From: a virus
Lineage: Duplodnaviria > Caudoviricetes
Length of the DNA: 56,849 nucleotides
Strand: one strand, 5' to 3'
Virus record (IMG/VR): IMGVR_UViG_3300032323_001633
Location: 1 to 56,849 of that record
In this document: piece by piece, positions 16,791-27,167 of the stretch
Layout: the number at the start of each line of letters is the position of its first letter
How positions within the stretch are numbered: the stretch's first letter is position 1
Translations under genes and position numbers: made by a program
Notes under the pieces: model-generated
What the model saw: the letters and a program-made list of their open reading frames with translations, nothing else
Told to the model about the DNA's origin: nothing
Database searches by the model: none

Positions 16791-17645
16791 TCAATCTTCA
16801 ATAAGCGGAATAGATGAACTAATACTAACCGGTCCAGAACTTTTGCCAACCCCACTACTGTTCTGTCTCGTCCAACTCGGATTCATGCCATTCATTTCGA
16901 GAATGTCGTCTCGAATGTTTTGATTGCGCTTCTCAAGGTTGATAATTCTAACGAATGAATTAGTGACAGCAGCAGTATAGTAAGCAAAAGGATTATCAGA
17001 TTTACTTTCATCGAATTGTAGTCCTATTTGAGTTAGTTGAAGAATGGCTTGACCTTTCATTTCGTCGTTGTAGGTGTAGCCTCTGACGTTGCCTCGAGTA
17101 GCATATCGTTCGCACAGCTTGATAAACATGCGAGCCAAATTGTTGGTCATTTGACCGTGGTCCTTAGCGAATTTTCCTTGATCAAGATCTCCCTGCCAAT
17201 GACTTTTGCCCACGCACACAAGATTATCGTTGGCATCATACTTCCAATGCTGAAACGGTGGAAAGTTAACCTTGTCATGACTGTCAGCAGTATTTTTCAG
17301 CGTCTTCTTACGACCCGGTGCTAATGGCACATGGGTAAAGGTCATCACACGAAATACCAAGTCCTGTTTCTGTACCTTGCGATAGTCTACTTCAAACTCT
17401 TTTGCTGGTATTTTTTTACCAGCCGCTGCCACAGCTGCTTCGTGTGCAGCCTTTGCCATTTTAGATGCTCTATTTCTTTTGGCTTCTGCAATAGTGCGTA
17501 TATTGAGTTTTTCCAAGGTTGTAACGATTAGATCGTATTCGCTATATGCGGGATCAGTGAAACTACAATAGGTATTTTTACTGAGATGTATCTCTCTCAA
17601 TAAATCTTTATTAGTTAGATACTTAATTTTAGGTACGATTGTCAA
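16791..17645 (-). CDS. gp55: Late-transcription sigma factor, T4 gp55-like
   Basis: YLTNKDLL, YTYNDEM, FDESKSDNPFAYYT and FVRIINLEK motifs; 55-47-46 synteny; TTG start with SD GGAG. Confidence 0.92.
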   Translation of the reverse strand: MTIVPKIKYLTNKDLLREIHLSKNTYCSFTDPAYSEYDLIVTTLEKLNIRTIAEAKRNRASKMAKAAHEAAVAAAGKKIPAKEFEVDYRKVQKQDLVFRVMTFTHVPLAPGRKKTLKNTADSHDKVNFPPFQHWKYDANDNLVCVGKSHWQGDLDQGKFAKDHGQMTNNLARMFIKLCERYATRGNVRGYTYNDEMKGQAILQLTQIGLQFDESKSDNPFAYYTAAVTNSFVRIINLEKRNQNIRDDILEMNGMNPSWTRQNSSGVGKSSGPVSISSSIPLIED

Positions 17646-17690
17646 TTAGAATTCTCCGAGGTTAGTTATATAATAGCACATTTTTATCAT

Positions 17691-17698
17691 AATAAATA
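17691..17698 (+). promoter_or_regulatory. Late-type promoter AATAAATA heading the baseplate operon
   Basis: Lies in the divergent intergenic region, upstream of SD AAGGA and ATG 17727. Confidence 0.6.
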
Positions 17699-17726
17699 GT
17701 CTATATGACAAGGAAATCTGCTCAAA

Positions 17727-18992
17727 ATGGCACGTAAGTCTTATCCTGAAACACCGCAAGAAGAAGCTAACAGAATCAATAGTGCCAGTGGTGATCCCAC
17801 CGGTATTACTGCTGCACAGGTAGCTAATAATAGATCTCTCAATGAAAGATTGACAGCATCGTTTGGATTTGGGGGATCAGGCAAACCTTCTTCAGGTCCC
17901 GGCAGCAATCCTACAGCACCTTTTTCGCAGCTGGTGGCAGGCATTTCAGAAGGCATAAGCCAAGCCACTAACGAAGGGCAAGCAGCATTGCAAGATGCTT
18001 CGTCTATGATGGAAAAAGTAAAACTTGATGACAAAGTTTCCGACTTAGCAGCTGGTGCTAAATCAGGCTTAAGCCAGTTAGCTGGAGATGCAAAAAACTT
18101 TGGTAACAGTGCTATGGGCGGTAACGTCACAGTGAATAGTGCAGTAAGCGGCGCTGTAGACAAATTAAGATCAGTAGCAGGATCAACCAGTAACATAGCA
18201 GCAGATATCTCCGGAACAATTAACAAACTCACTGGTGGTAATCTTGCAGGCGGACTAATGAAAGCTGCCGGCAGTATCAGTGGTGCAGCAGGTATGCTCA
18301 ACAACATACTTAGTCTTAAAAGAGGAATCAACATTCCAAAGGGAGCGCAAGTTTTCATGCCACAAGGGCAGGCAATACAGTTGAAAGCAGGCAGTAAAGA
18401 TGACTGGCGTGTGCGTATAAACTGTGAGTGGAACACTTTTAACAGTCCTTTATTTTCAGTTCTTAAAGAAACCGGAGGGGTAGTTTGGCCATACATGCCT
18501 AACATCACAGTTAGTACTAAAGCAGAATACAATACTATTCCTATTACCCATGCCAACTACTCGCAGTACAGTTATAAAAACAGCGTAGTGGATGATATTT
18601 CGATCAGCGGAGAGTTCAGTTGCGAAACCAAAGCAGATGCTGCATACTGGATAGCTGCTACAACATTTTTCAAGACTGCTACAAAGATGTTTTTTGGGCA
18701 AGGCGACCTTGCCGGTAATCCACCTATAATCTGTAATCTCACAGGATACGGCAGTCATGTATTTGACAAAGTACCTGTGATTATAAAATCGTTCTCGGTG
18801 GATTTTAAAGATGATGTTAATTACATACAGTGCGATCCGTTTAACAATCAGAAATATACATGGGTGCCAATCTTGAGTACTATCACAGTAGTAGTTGCAC
18901 CTGTGTACAGTAGACAAGGACTGAGAAAATTCAGCCTCCAAGACTACGCTAGAGGCACAATGTCCGGCGACAAGCAGGTAGGATACATTTAA
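17727..18992 (+). CDS. Baseplate tail-tube cap/initiator-like protein (gp48/gp54-like) with an S/G/A-rich N-terminal extension
   Basis: C-terminal tube-fold-like region (WPYMPNITVS...THANY...GNPPIICNL.GYG..VF..VPVIIKSFSVD); precedes the gp53-like gene. Confidence 0.6.
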   Translation: MARKSYPETPQEEANRINSASGDPTGITAAQVANNRSLNERLTASFGFGGSGKPSSGPGSNPTAPFSQLVAGISEGISQATNEGQAALQDASSMMEKVKLDDKVSDLAAGAKSGLSQLAGDAKNFGNSAMGGNVTVNSAVSGAVDKLRSVAGSTSNIAADISGTINKLTGGNLAGGLMKAAGSISGAAGMLNNILSLKRGINIPKGAQVFMPQGQAIQLKAGSKDDWRVRINCEWNTFNSPLFSVLKETGGVVWPYMPNITVSTKAEYNTIPITHANYSQYSYKNSVVDDISISGEFSCETKADAAYWIAATTFFKTATKMFFGQGDLAGNPPIICNLTGYGSHVFDKVPVIIKSFSVDFKDDVNYIQCDPFNNQKYTWVPILSTITVVVAPVYSRQGLRKFSLQDYARGTMSGDKQVGYI

Positions 18993-19291
18993 TGGCCAAC
19001 TACGCAAAAACCAGTCCGTGGTCAGACACAAGACAAAACACTTTTTATCTTGATCTGTTAGAGATACGACCAGTGCCGTCCGAACCAGATGATTTTAGAT
19101 ACGTGATAGAAAATCAATATAGACACAGACCTGATCTATTGGCCTATGACATTTACGGAAGTGCAAAACTATGGTGGGTATTTGTACAGCGGAACATGAG
19201 TGTGTTAAAAGATCCTATCTATGATTTTGAACCAGGGGTAGTGATATTCCTTCCTAAGAAAACAAATCTACAAAAGTTTTTAGGAGTCTAA
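18992..19291 (+). CDS. gp53: Baseplate wedge protein, T4 gp53-like (LysM-like)
   Basis: RPDLLAYDIYGSAKLWWVF...N...DP motif. Confidence 0.85.
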   Translation: MANYAKTSPWSDTRQNTFYLDLLEIRPVPSEPDDFRYVIENQYRHRPDLLAYDIYGSAKLWWVFVQRNMSVLKDPIYDFEPGVVIFLPKKTNLQKFLGV

Positions 19292-21712
19292 ATGGTAGCA
19301 AGATTTATTCCTGACGGGTTTGGTATATCATTTAAACCTGACGGCTCAGCAGTCATCGCTACTCCTATAACTGGTTCTATTCCAATAGGGTACGCATTTA
19401 GAAAGACCGAGGAAGTGCCACCGAGACCGAGTGATCCAATCAAAGACGGTGCGTCAAAACAAGAAACAAAATCAAACACCACAGCTGCGTCAGCAAAGAA
19501 AAATCTTCCCTCACTGGTTAAAAATCCCATGGAAGTTTTTGCCAGCTCTAACATTTTGTGGACTATGGCCTGCTTGACTCCTGAACAATTTAACGATCCA
19601 AAATTGTATCGAAATAGTCCCAGCGCATTAAAGAATTTAGTGTTTTCGTCTGCTGGCAGATTTGATGCAGATAGGGTATCTACATTTTTTGGATCTCCTG
19701 AATACTATGTTAATAACTTTGTCATGCAGACTGTGATAGGAGCCAACGAAGCCACAGGCAACAGTAATGCTGTGAAATTCTCGTTTGATATCATCGAACC
19801 ACACTCTATGGGACTGCTGTTACAGAGTATGCAGACAGCAGCAATCAAGGCAGGGTACCTCAGTTACTTAGATAATGCACCTTTTGTGTTGAGAATGGAT
19901 ATTCAAGGTTTCAATGAGTTAGGGCAGAATTTATCTCAGATCAAACCAAAGTACTTTGTGATGAAACTGTCCTCTACGAAGTTCACAGTCAACGAAGGTG
20001 GCAGTGTTTATAAGGTAGAAGCAATACCTTATAATCATCAGGCTTTTTCAGATTCTGTTAATACTACTTACAGTGACGTCAAGATATCTGCCAGCGGTAA
20101 CGGTCACGTGTTTGATCTCTTATCAGGCAGTGATACCAGCCTCATGGCCTATCTTAATAAGAACGAAGAAAAACTTAAGGCTGAAGGAAAAATCACAGAA
20201 AAAGATGAGTATGTTATACAGTTTCCAATACTTTCCAGTGACTGGCAAAGTTCAGCAGGTAATCAAGCAGAAATAAAAAGAGCCACAGTTGATCCCAATG
20301 ATCCTTCAGCATTACTAAAAACTGCGGTCCAGGCTTCTATAATTAAAACAGATCCGCAGTTGTTAGATAAGAACAGCATAGCATCTGCCAGTTTGGGATT
20401 TGATCAATCATCAGGTGGACGAGCAGTTTTTAAACGTGCCGGTGATCAATACGATGAAAAAACAGGCGTATTGAAACGAGACGGCATGACCATAGATCCT
20501 AAAACTCGAGCGTTTCAATTTGGACAGAGCCAATCGCTGACTTCGATTATTAATCAAGTGATTCTCAGTTCGGAATACGCTACGAATGCCCTAGAACCTA
20601 AATTTCTTACTCCGCAGGGATTTATCAAATGGTTCAAGTTAGACATACAGATTGAACTGCTGAAATTTGACAAGTTGACAGGCGACTATGCTAAGAAAAT
20701 CACATACAGAGTAGTACCGTATTTGGTGCATCAAAGTATATTTGCTAATGCTACATCGGCTCCGATAGGTTACGCTGAATTAATGAAAGACGTGGTTAAA
20801 GAATATCAATACATCTATACAGGGCAAAACGTTGACATCCTTAGTTTTAACATTGAAATCAACAATTTGTTCTATGCAGGTGCTAATCCCAAGCCAGAAG
20901 CAGAGGCTGCAAATACCGGCAATCAAGATCAAAAAGCAGCGGAAGTTCGACCTTCTTCCACCAGAACAGGTAAAGGCCAAGCCACCGAAGTGCAATCGGC
21001 ACAAACAGGCCGCGCTAGACCTAAACGTGATCCTAGACTGTTGAAAGGATTTAAGGGCGGATCAGAAAACAAAAGCGTAGAACAAAACGTAGCTGAAAAT
21101 TTTCAAGATGCATTTATCAGCGGTAGCAGTGCAGACATGGTAACTATTAATCTTGAAGTTCTAGGCGATCCCTACTGGTTAATAGATTCGGGTATGTCTA
21201 ACTATTTTACAGGTGCAGCCAGTCCTACTGCTCAGATTACCGACGACGGCACAATGAACTATGAAAGCGGTAATGTTTATATCTACATATCACTGAGAAC
21301 TCCGGCAGATATCAACACATTGACCGGATTGTATGACTTTTCAGTTGCAGGTAAGGAAAGTCCGTTTGGCGGTATATATAGGATCGTCAGTTGCGAGAAT
21401 CAATTCACCGACGGTAATTGGAAACAGAAATTAAAATGCATAAGAATGCCTGGACCGCAAGGCCCGGAAGTTAATGAAACTATAACCGGAGATAACGCAT
21501 CTGTGGTGGACAAAGCATCAACTCCTGCTATTGAAATAGGCGACAAAGAACCGCCCAAAACATCTCCAGTTGATACCAGCACCGCTACAAATGTAACTGG
21601 CGCTGATTCAGCCAACAGCACATCAGGTGGTCAACGGGCTACAACTACTACATCTAACCAGCCAACTCGAGTGGTAGGATTTAGATATTACAGAGACTTA
21701 GGACAAAATTAA
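19292..21712 (+). CDS. Baseplate hub protein (gp27/gpD-like)
   Basis: 806 aa between the gp53- and gp5-like genes; C-terminal LEVLGDP...FGGIYRIVSCENQF..G.W.Q.L pattern of hub proteins. Confidence 0.6.
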   Translation: MVARFIPDGFGISFKPDGSAVIATPITGSIPIGYAFRKTEEVPPRPSDPIKDGASKQETKSNTTAASAKKNLPSLVKNPMEVFASSNILWTMACLTPEQFNDPKLYRNSPSALKNLVFSSAGRFDADRVSTFFGSPEYYVNNFVMQTVIGANEATGNSNAVKFSFDIIEPHSMGLLLQSMQTAAIKAGYLSYLDNAPFVLRMDIQGFNELGQNLSQIKPKYFVMKLSSTKFTVNEGGSVYKVEAIPYNHQAFSDSVNTTYSDVKISASGNGHVFDLLSGSDTSLMAYLNKNEEKLKAEGKITEKDEYVIQFPILSSDWQSSAGNQAEIKRATVDPNDPSALLKTAVQASIIKTDPQLLDKNSIASASLGFDQSSGGRAVFKRAGDQYDEKTGVLKRDGMTIDPKTRAFQFGQSQSLTSIINQVILSSEYATNALEPKFLTPQGFIKWFKLDIQIELLKFDKLTGDYAKKITYRVVPYLVHQSIFANATSAPIGYAELMKDVVKEYQYIYTGQNVDILSFNIEINNLFYAGANPKPEAEAANTGNQDQKAAEVRPSSTRTGKGQATEVQSAQTGRARPKRDPRLLKGFKGGSENKSVEQNVAENFQDAFISGSSADMVTINLEVLGDPYWLIDSGMSNYFTGAASPTAQITDDGTMNYESGNVYIYISLRTPADINTLTGLYDFSVAGKESPFGGIYRIVSCENQFTDGNWKQKLKCIRMPGPQGPEVNETITGDNASVVDKASTPAIEIGDKEPPKTSPVDTSTATNVTGADSANSTSGGQRATTTTSNQPTRVVGFRYYRDLGQN

Positions 21713-23307
21713 TGGCAGAACTATCCAGATCGTCAGTTGGCGACTCAGACAGAAGTGGCGGCCTTACTACTGGCATTTATATTGCTAGGGTGATTAGCCA
21801 CCTTGATCCATCATTTATGGGATCAATTGAAGTGACTCTGCTGAAAGACCAAGCCAATACCGCAGGCGATGACAGTCAGACTTTTATTGTAAAATACGCA
21901 TCGCCGTTTTTTGGTTACACTCCGTTTGAGTTTATGGGAAATAATGATGGAACTAAATCAACCATCGACGGATTCAGTGACACACAAAAATCATATGGTA
22001 TGTGGTTTGTACCACCGGATGTGGGTGTCAACGTATTAGTACTGTTTGTAAATGGAGACCCCGCAGCAGGCTATTGGTTTGCTTGTGTACCGGGTATTAA
22101 CATCAATCACATGGTACCAGCTATAGCTGGTAGCACGGTAAACAGTCTTGATGCTGAAGATAAAAAACGATACGGTAATACCTCACTGCCGTTACCTGTG
22201 GCCGAAGTTAACAAACGAATTAACGGAGAAACACAAGAGATTGATCCAGAAAAATTTCCTAGAGTAGTGCATCCTATTGCGGATAGATTTCTTGAACAGG
22301 GACTGTTAGAAGATGATGTTAGGGGATTCACAACATCGTCACCTAGACGAGAAGCTCCTAGCATGGTATTTGGTATTTCTACTCCCGGCCCACTTGATCG
22401 TAGAGCCAGTGCAAAAAAACAACAGATAGGTAAGTCAGACAGCCAAGCTACTGTGCCAGTGAGCAGATTAGGTGGCACACAGTTAGTGATGGATGACGGC
22501 AACGATAGATTTCACAGGGAAAAATCAGCTGCTGAAGGCCCAGTAAAATATATCGATCTATTAGATCCTGTTAATCAACGAAAAGGCGATGCAGGATCTG
22601 CAACTATTCCAGCCAGTGAATATTTCAGAGTGAGAACTAGAACTGGACATCAGATATTGATGCACAATTCAGAAGATTTGATTTATATTGCTAATGCTCG
22701 TGGCACGGCATGGATTGAGCTTACCAGTAACGGCAAGATAGACATATTTGCCGAAGACAGCATTAGTGTGCATACTCAGCAGGATCTCAACATACGTGCT
22801 GCTCGAGATATAAACTTAGAAGCAGGCAGAAACATCAATATGAGAACTGAATCAGGTAAGTGGCATGTGGAAATAGCCACTGACATGGAGTTTCTAGTTA
22901 ACGCAGATGCTAAACTCACAGTAGGTGCTAATCTTGACATATTAGTAGGAGCCAAGACTAAAATATCTACCAACAACGATTTAGATATTGCATCTGGAGC
23001 AGAAACTAAGATCAGTTCTACGTCAGATATAAATCTTGGAAGTGGTGCTGAAGTTAAACTTAACGGCACTAAAATCAATTTCAATGGGCCGAACAATGCA
23101 GAAACTGCTGAAGCCGCAGACTTTGTGAAACCGTATGATCTTAGAGATAACCCTGCTACCAGCACAGCAGCAGGTTGGGACAAACGTTATCAAGCTGGTA
23201 TTGTGAAAAGCTTCATGAAGCGTATACCTATGCATGAACCTTGGGCACTGCATGAGCATAGAGCACCAGATTTATTAACACCAGATAAAACAGATAGGAA
23301 TACTTAA
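21712..23307 (+). CDS. gp5: Baseplate central spike, T4 gp5/VgrG-like (OB-fold plus beta-helix)
   Basis: ARVISHLDP, SYGMWFVPPDVG..VLV.F..GD, RTRTGHQI and 8-residue beta-helix repeats; no lysozyme domain evident. Confidence 0.8.
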   Translation: MAELSRSSVGDSDRSGGLTTGIYIARVISHLDPSFMGSIEVTLLKDQANTAGDDSQTFIVKYASPFFGYTPFEFMGNNDGTKSTIDGFSDTQKSYGMWFVPPDVGVNVLVLFVNGDPAAGYWFACVPGININHMVPAIAGSTVNSLDAEDKKRYGNTSLPLPVAEVNKRINGETQEIDPEKFPRVVHPIADRFLEQGLLEDDVRGFTTSSPRREAPSMVFGISTPGPLDRRASAKKQQIGKSDSQATVPVSRLGGTQLVMDDGNDRFHREKSAAEGPVKYIDLLDPVNQRKGDAGSATIPASEYFRVRTRTGHQILMHNSEDLIYIANARGTAWIELTSNGKIDIFAEDSISVHTQQDLNIRAARDINLEAGRNINMRTESGKWHVEIATDMEFLVNADAKLTVGANLDILVGAKTKISTNNDLDIASGAETKISSTSDINLGSGAEVKLNGTKINFNGPNNAETAEAADFVKPYDLRDNPATSTAAGWDKRYQAGIVKSFMKRIPMHEPWALHEHRAPDLLTPDKTDRNT

Positions 23308-23309
23308 TT

Positions 23310-23747
23310 ATGGCCACAAGACTATACAATCAACAAACAGCAGCACAGCGTTCTGCTACAGTGACTCAGAATCAAGGTCAATTTACCTACAAAGGATTCA
23401 GTTCTAAAGAAGCTAACAAGAACTTCAAACTCTATGATATCAATCTTGTCAAGCAAGATTTAATCAATCACTTTTATATTCGCAAAGGCGAGAAACTAGA
23501 GAATCCAGAATTTGGCACAGTAATCTGGGACATGCTGTTTGAGCCATTTACGCCAGATGTTAAAGAGATCATAGCCAAGGATGTGGAAGCTATTATTAAC
23601 TATGATCCTAGATTTGCAGTCACTGAGATTAATATAGACAGCACAGATCAAGGCATGCGGATACAGGCAGATTTAGTGTATATTCCATTTAATATCACAG
23701 AACGAATGACTATGAATTTTGACAAAACCAACAGTGTAATTAACTAA
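23310..23747 (+). CDS. gp25: Baseplate wedge / sheath initiator, T4 gp25-like
   Basis: LVKQDLINHF..RKGE...PEFG...DMLFEP and YDPR motifs. Confidence 0.92.
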   Translation: MATRLYNQQTAAQRSATVTQNQGQFTYKGFSSKEANKNFKLYDINLVKQDLINHFYIRKGEKLENPEFGTVIWDMLFEPFTPDVKEIIAKDVEAIINYDPRFAVTEINIDSTDQGMRIQADLVYIPFNITERMTMNFDKTNSVIN

Positions 23748-23776
23748 GCAGTTTATTTTTAAGGGTAAATATTGGT

Positions 23777-26700
23777 ATGACTACAACAAGCAGACAAAAC
23801 AATCTCATACTGAATCAAGATTGGACCAGGATCTATCAGACATTTAAAAACGCTGATTTCCGTAGCTACGACTTTGAAAATCTGCGTAGAGTTATTATCA
23901 CATACCTTCGTGAAAACTACCCAGAAGACTTCAACGACTACATAGAATCTTCAGAATACATGGCATTAATAGATGCCGTGGCGTTTCTAGGACAAAGCCT
24001 AGCATTCCGCATAGATCTTGCCAGCAGAGAAAATTTTATTGAATTAGCTGAGACTAAAGAAAGTGTGCTGCGTATTGCCCGCATGCTCAGCTATAATGCC
24101 AAGCGAACTGTAGCTGCCAGCGGCCTGTTAAAATTTACCACGGTGTCAACTACTGATACTATAATAGACAGCAATGGCAAGAATCTTGCTCAACAGTTAA
24201 TAACATGGAATGATCCTACAAATGTTAACTGGTTGGAACAGTTCCTTACGGTGTTGAACAGTGCCATGGCAGACAATACAGAATTTGGTCGCAGCCAGGG
24301 TTCGGCTACTATACAAGGCATTCCTACAGAACAATATAGATTTCGTACAGTGACCGCAGATGTGCCGTTATTCTCGTTCTCTAAAACTGTGGCCAGCAGA
24401 AGTGTAAATTTTGAAATAGTTAGCACCGCTTTTAAAAACAGTGAGAACATTTACGAAGAGCCACCGGTACCAGGTAACCAATTAGGATTTGTCTATAGAA
24501 ATGACGGGTCTGGACCAGGCAGTGCTAATACAGGATTCTTTTTACTGTTTAAGCAAGGCACATTAGAATTAGCAGACTTTGCAGTAGATGTGCCAACCAC
24601 TAATGAAAAAATTGCCGTAGATGCTGGCAATATCAATAATGACGATGTATGGTTGTTTTCTTTAAATTCACAAGGTGCTCAATTAGAAGAATGGACCAAG
24701 GTCTCATCACTGGTAGGCAACAACATTGCATATAACAGCGTAACGCAAGACATACGTAACATCTATGCTATCAATACCAAAGAAAATGATAATATTGATC
24801 TTGTGTTCGCCGACGGTGTCTATGGTAATCTGCCTCAAGGCGCTTTTAGAGTTTTTTATAGAACCAGCAATGGATTATCGTATACCATATACCCTAACGA
24901 GTTGAGAGGCATTAATATTTCTATTTTGTATAGAAATAAAAATAATGTTGAGCATACTCTAACAATAGGCCTGGCATTACAGAGCACTGTGGCTAACTCT
25001 GCTGCATCAGAAGACATTGATAACATTCGTGCCAATGCTCCTGCAGTTTATTACACTCAGAATAGAATGATCACAGCAGAAGATTATAATCTTGCTCCAT
25101 TGTTGGGATCACAGAACATAATAAAAATTAAAGCAGTGAATAGAACCAGCAGCGGCATCAGTAGAAATTTTGATATTCTCGATGCTACTGGAAAATACAG
25201 CAGTATAAATGTGTTTGGAGATGACGGATACATTTACAAACAACAAGATGAATCTATACTGTCATTTAAATTCACCAGCAGAATAGATATTATAAATTTT
25301 ATTAGACGTAATATAGAACCGGTATTTACTGATACCGAAGTTTACAATTTTTATTTTACAAACTTTGACAAAATATTGTTCACAGACGTTAACACAACAT
25401 GGCAATCAGTCACTACATCCACCAGTACAGGTTATTTTAAAAATATCATAGATAATTCTCAACTTAGAGTAGGAAGTTATTCTACCAGTAATTTGAAATA
25501 TGCTTTGATTAATGCATCTGTGAAATTTGTACCACCTGCGGGATACAGATTTAAAAAAGGCAAATTAGTTATAACAGATACTAACGATGCTGATCAAACA
25601 GAATATATCTGGACAAAGATTGTCAAAATCACAGGCGACGGCAGCTATGTTAAAGGGTTAGGCCCAATTACTCTTAACGAAATAGTTCCAACAGGAGCTA
25701 TTGCTCAACGTATAGTTCCGAGATTTGTCAGCGATTTGCCAGTCGCTCTAGAGACTGAAATTGTTAATCAAGTATTTGATACTCAAACGTTTGGTCTACG
25801 ATACGAGAACACAGAATCTCAATGGAAGCTGATAACGTCTAGTAATTTAAATCTCACAAATGATTTTACATTAGGTAAAGCTGGAGATACAACTAACACC
25901 AACATCGATAGTTCGTGGATTATAGCGTTTGTTAGACGGCCCGACAGCTACACAGTGAGAATTAGAAAACAGTCTTATATTTTTGGAAGTGTAAATCAAA
26001 ATAGATTTTATTTTGATAGCAATGAAAAACGCTATAACGATCAAGTAGGTGCAGTAGTTAAGGATCAAATTACGGTGTTAGGTATCAATACTGCAAAAGA
26101 TTTTATTACCCAACTAAGAAAGGATGTTCCTTTTGAAGTCAGCGACACAATAAAATTTGATGACGGATACGAAAGCACATCTGAAATTAAATTGAGTTTC
26201 AGAGATTCGGACGACGACGGCGTGATAGATAATCCAGAAGCATTTGAAAACATTGTTGGTCTAAATCAGGATTTAAATTTTTTATTTTTCCTATCGTCAA
26301 ATGATATATACGGAACAAAAATTCGCACACTGATAGATAATTCAACGGATTTAATTTTAATTAGACCAAAAGAAGCTGGAATTGATTTCAACGATACTGC
26401 ATCTTATCCAGATCAACAGTTGATATATTTCTATGATTCTGCTGAAGACATAGTAAAGCGGGTCGATCGTACTACCAACACATTAATTATCGCTAACGAA
26501 TATACAGCTGCAATTGGCAGAAGAAATTTAAAATTTCAATACTTGCATAATGCCAGCGTGGATCGAAGAATAGACCCTTCAACCAGTAATATCATTGACA
26601 TCTATTTGTTGATTAGAAATTACGATGAAAGTTACAGAATATATCTTGCAGGCGGAACAACTGCAGAGCCAGTGGCTCCTACAAGTGAAGCATTAAGAAC

Positions 26701-27166
26701 CACATTCGGTACCGCACTGTCGTCGATTAAATCCATCAGTGATGACATCATATATCACCCTGTGAAATACAAAACTTTATTTGGCTCTAAAGCAGAACCG
26801 CAATTACAGGCAGTATTTAAGATTGTAAAAAATCAAAGTCGGTCGATTAATGACAACGATCTCAAAGTCCGAGTAATCACTGCTATTAATGATTTCTTTG
26901 ATATTAACAATTGGGATTTTGGCGATAGATTCTATATGGGTGAATTAACCACATATATCTTAAACACAGTAGCCCCAGATCTTGCTAACATTGTTATTGT
27001 TCCAAGACAACCTGCTCAATCATTTGGTAGTCTCTTTGAAATACAAAGTCGATCAGATGAAATATTAATCAGCGCAGCCACTGTAGATGATATAGAAATT
27101 GTCACAGCTATCACAGCATCTGAAGTAGGCGCAAGCATCAATTCTATGGTATCAACCACTTACTAA
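23777..27166 (+). CDS. gp6: Baseplate wedge protein, T4 gp6-like
   Basis: DFENLR, DYIESS, ENFIELA...SV...A..LSY, FADGVYG..P, IRANAP..Y.TQNRMITAEDY. Confidence 0.9.
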   Translation: MTTTSRQNNLILNQDWTRIYQTFKNADFRSYDFENLRRVIITYLRENYPEDFNDYIESSEYMALIDAVAFLGQSLAFRIDLASRENFIELAETKESVLRIARMLSYNAKRTVAASGLLKFTTVSTTDTIIDSNGKNLAQQLITWNDPTNVNWLEQFLTVLNSAMADNTEFGRSQGSATIQGIPTEQYRFRTVTADVPLFSFSKTVASRSVNFEIVSTAFKNSENIYEEPPVPGNQLGFVYRNDGSGPGSANTGFFLLFKQGTLELADFAVDVPTTNEKIAVDAGNINNDDVWLFSLNSQGAQLEEWTKVSSLVGNNIAYNSVTQDIRNIYAINTKENDNIDLVFADGVYGNLPQGAFRVFYRTSNGLSYTIYPNELRGINISILYRNKNNVEHTLTIGLALQSTVANSAASEDIDNIRANAPAVYYTQNRMITAEDYNLAPLLGSQNIIKIKAVNRTSSGISRNFDILDATGKYSSINVFGDDGYIYKQQDESILSFKFTSRIDIINFIRRNIEPVFTDTEVYNFYFTNFDKILFTDVNTTWQSVTTSTSTGYFKNIIDNSQLRVGSYSTSNLKYALINASVKFVPPAGYRFKKGKLVITDTNDADQTEYIWTKIVKITGDGSYVKGLGPITLNEIVPTGAIAQRIVPRFVSDLPVALETEIVNQVFDTQTFGLRYENTESQWKLITSSNLNLTNDFTLGKAGDTTNTNIDSSWIIAFVRRPDSYTVRIRKQSYIFGSVNQNRFYFDSNEKRYNDQVGAVVKDQITVLGINTAKDFITQLRKDVPFEVSDTIKFDDGYESTSEIKLSFRDSDDDGVIDNPEAFENIVGLNQDLNFLFFLSSNDIYGTKIRTLIDNSTDLILIRPKEAGIDFNDTASYPDQQLIYFYDSAEDIVKRVDRTTNTLIIANEYTAAIGRRNLKFQYLHNASVDRRIDPSTSNIIDIYLLIRNYDESYRIYLAGGTTAEPVAPTSEALRTTFGTALSSIKSISDDIIYHPVKYKTLFGSKAEPQLQAVFKIVKNQSRSINDNDLKVRVITAINDFFDINNWDFGDRFYMGELTTYILNTVAPDLANIVIVPRQPAQSFGSLFEIQSRSDEILISAATVDDIEIVTAITASEVGASINSMVSTTY

Positions 27167-27167
27167 T

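Noticed and set aside
17741-19031. Long antisense ORFs (271 aa and 191 aa), and similar shadow ORFs throughout the window
   Set aside because: They lie opposite well-supported genes and reflect codon bias; no motifs or RBS
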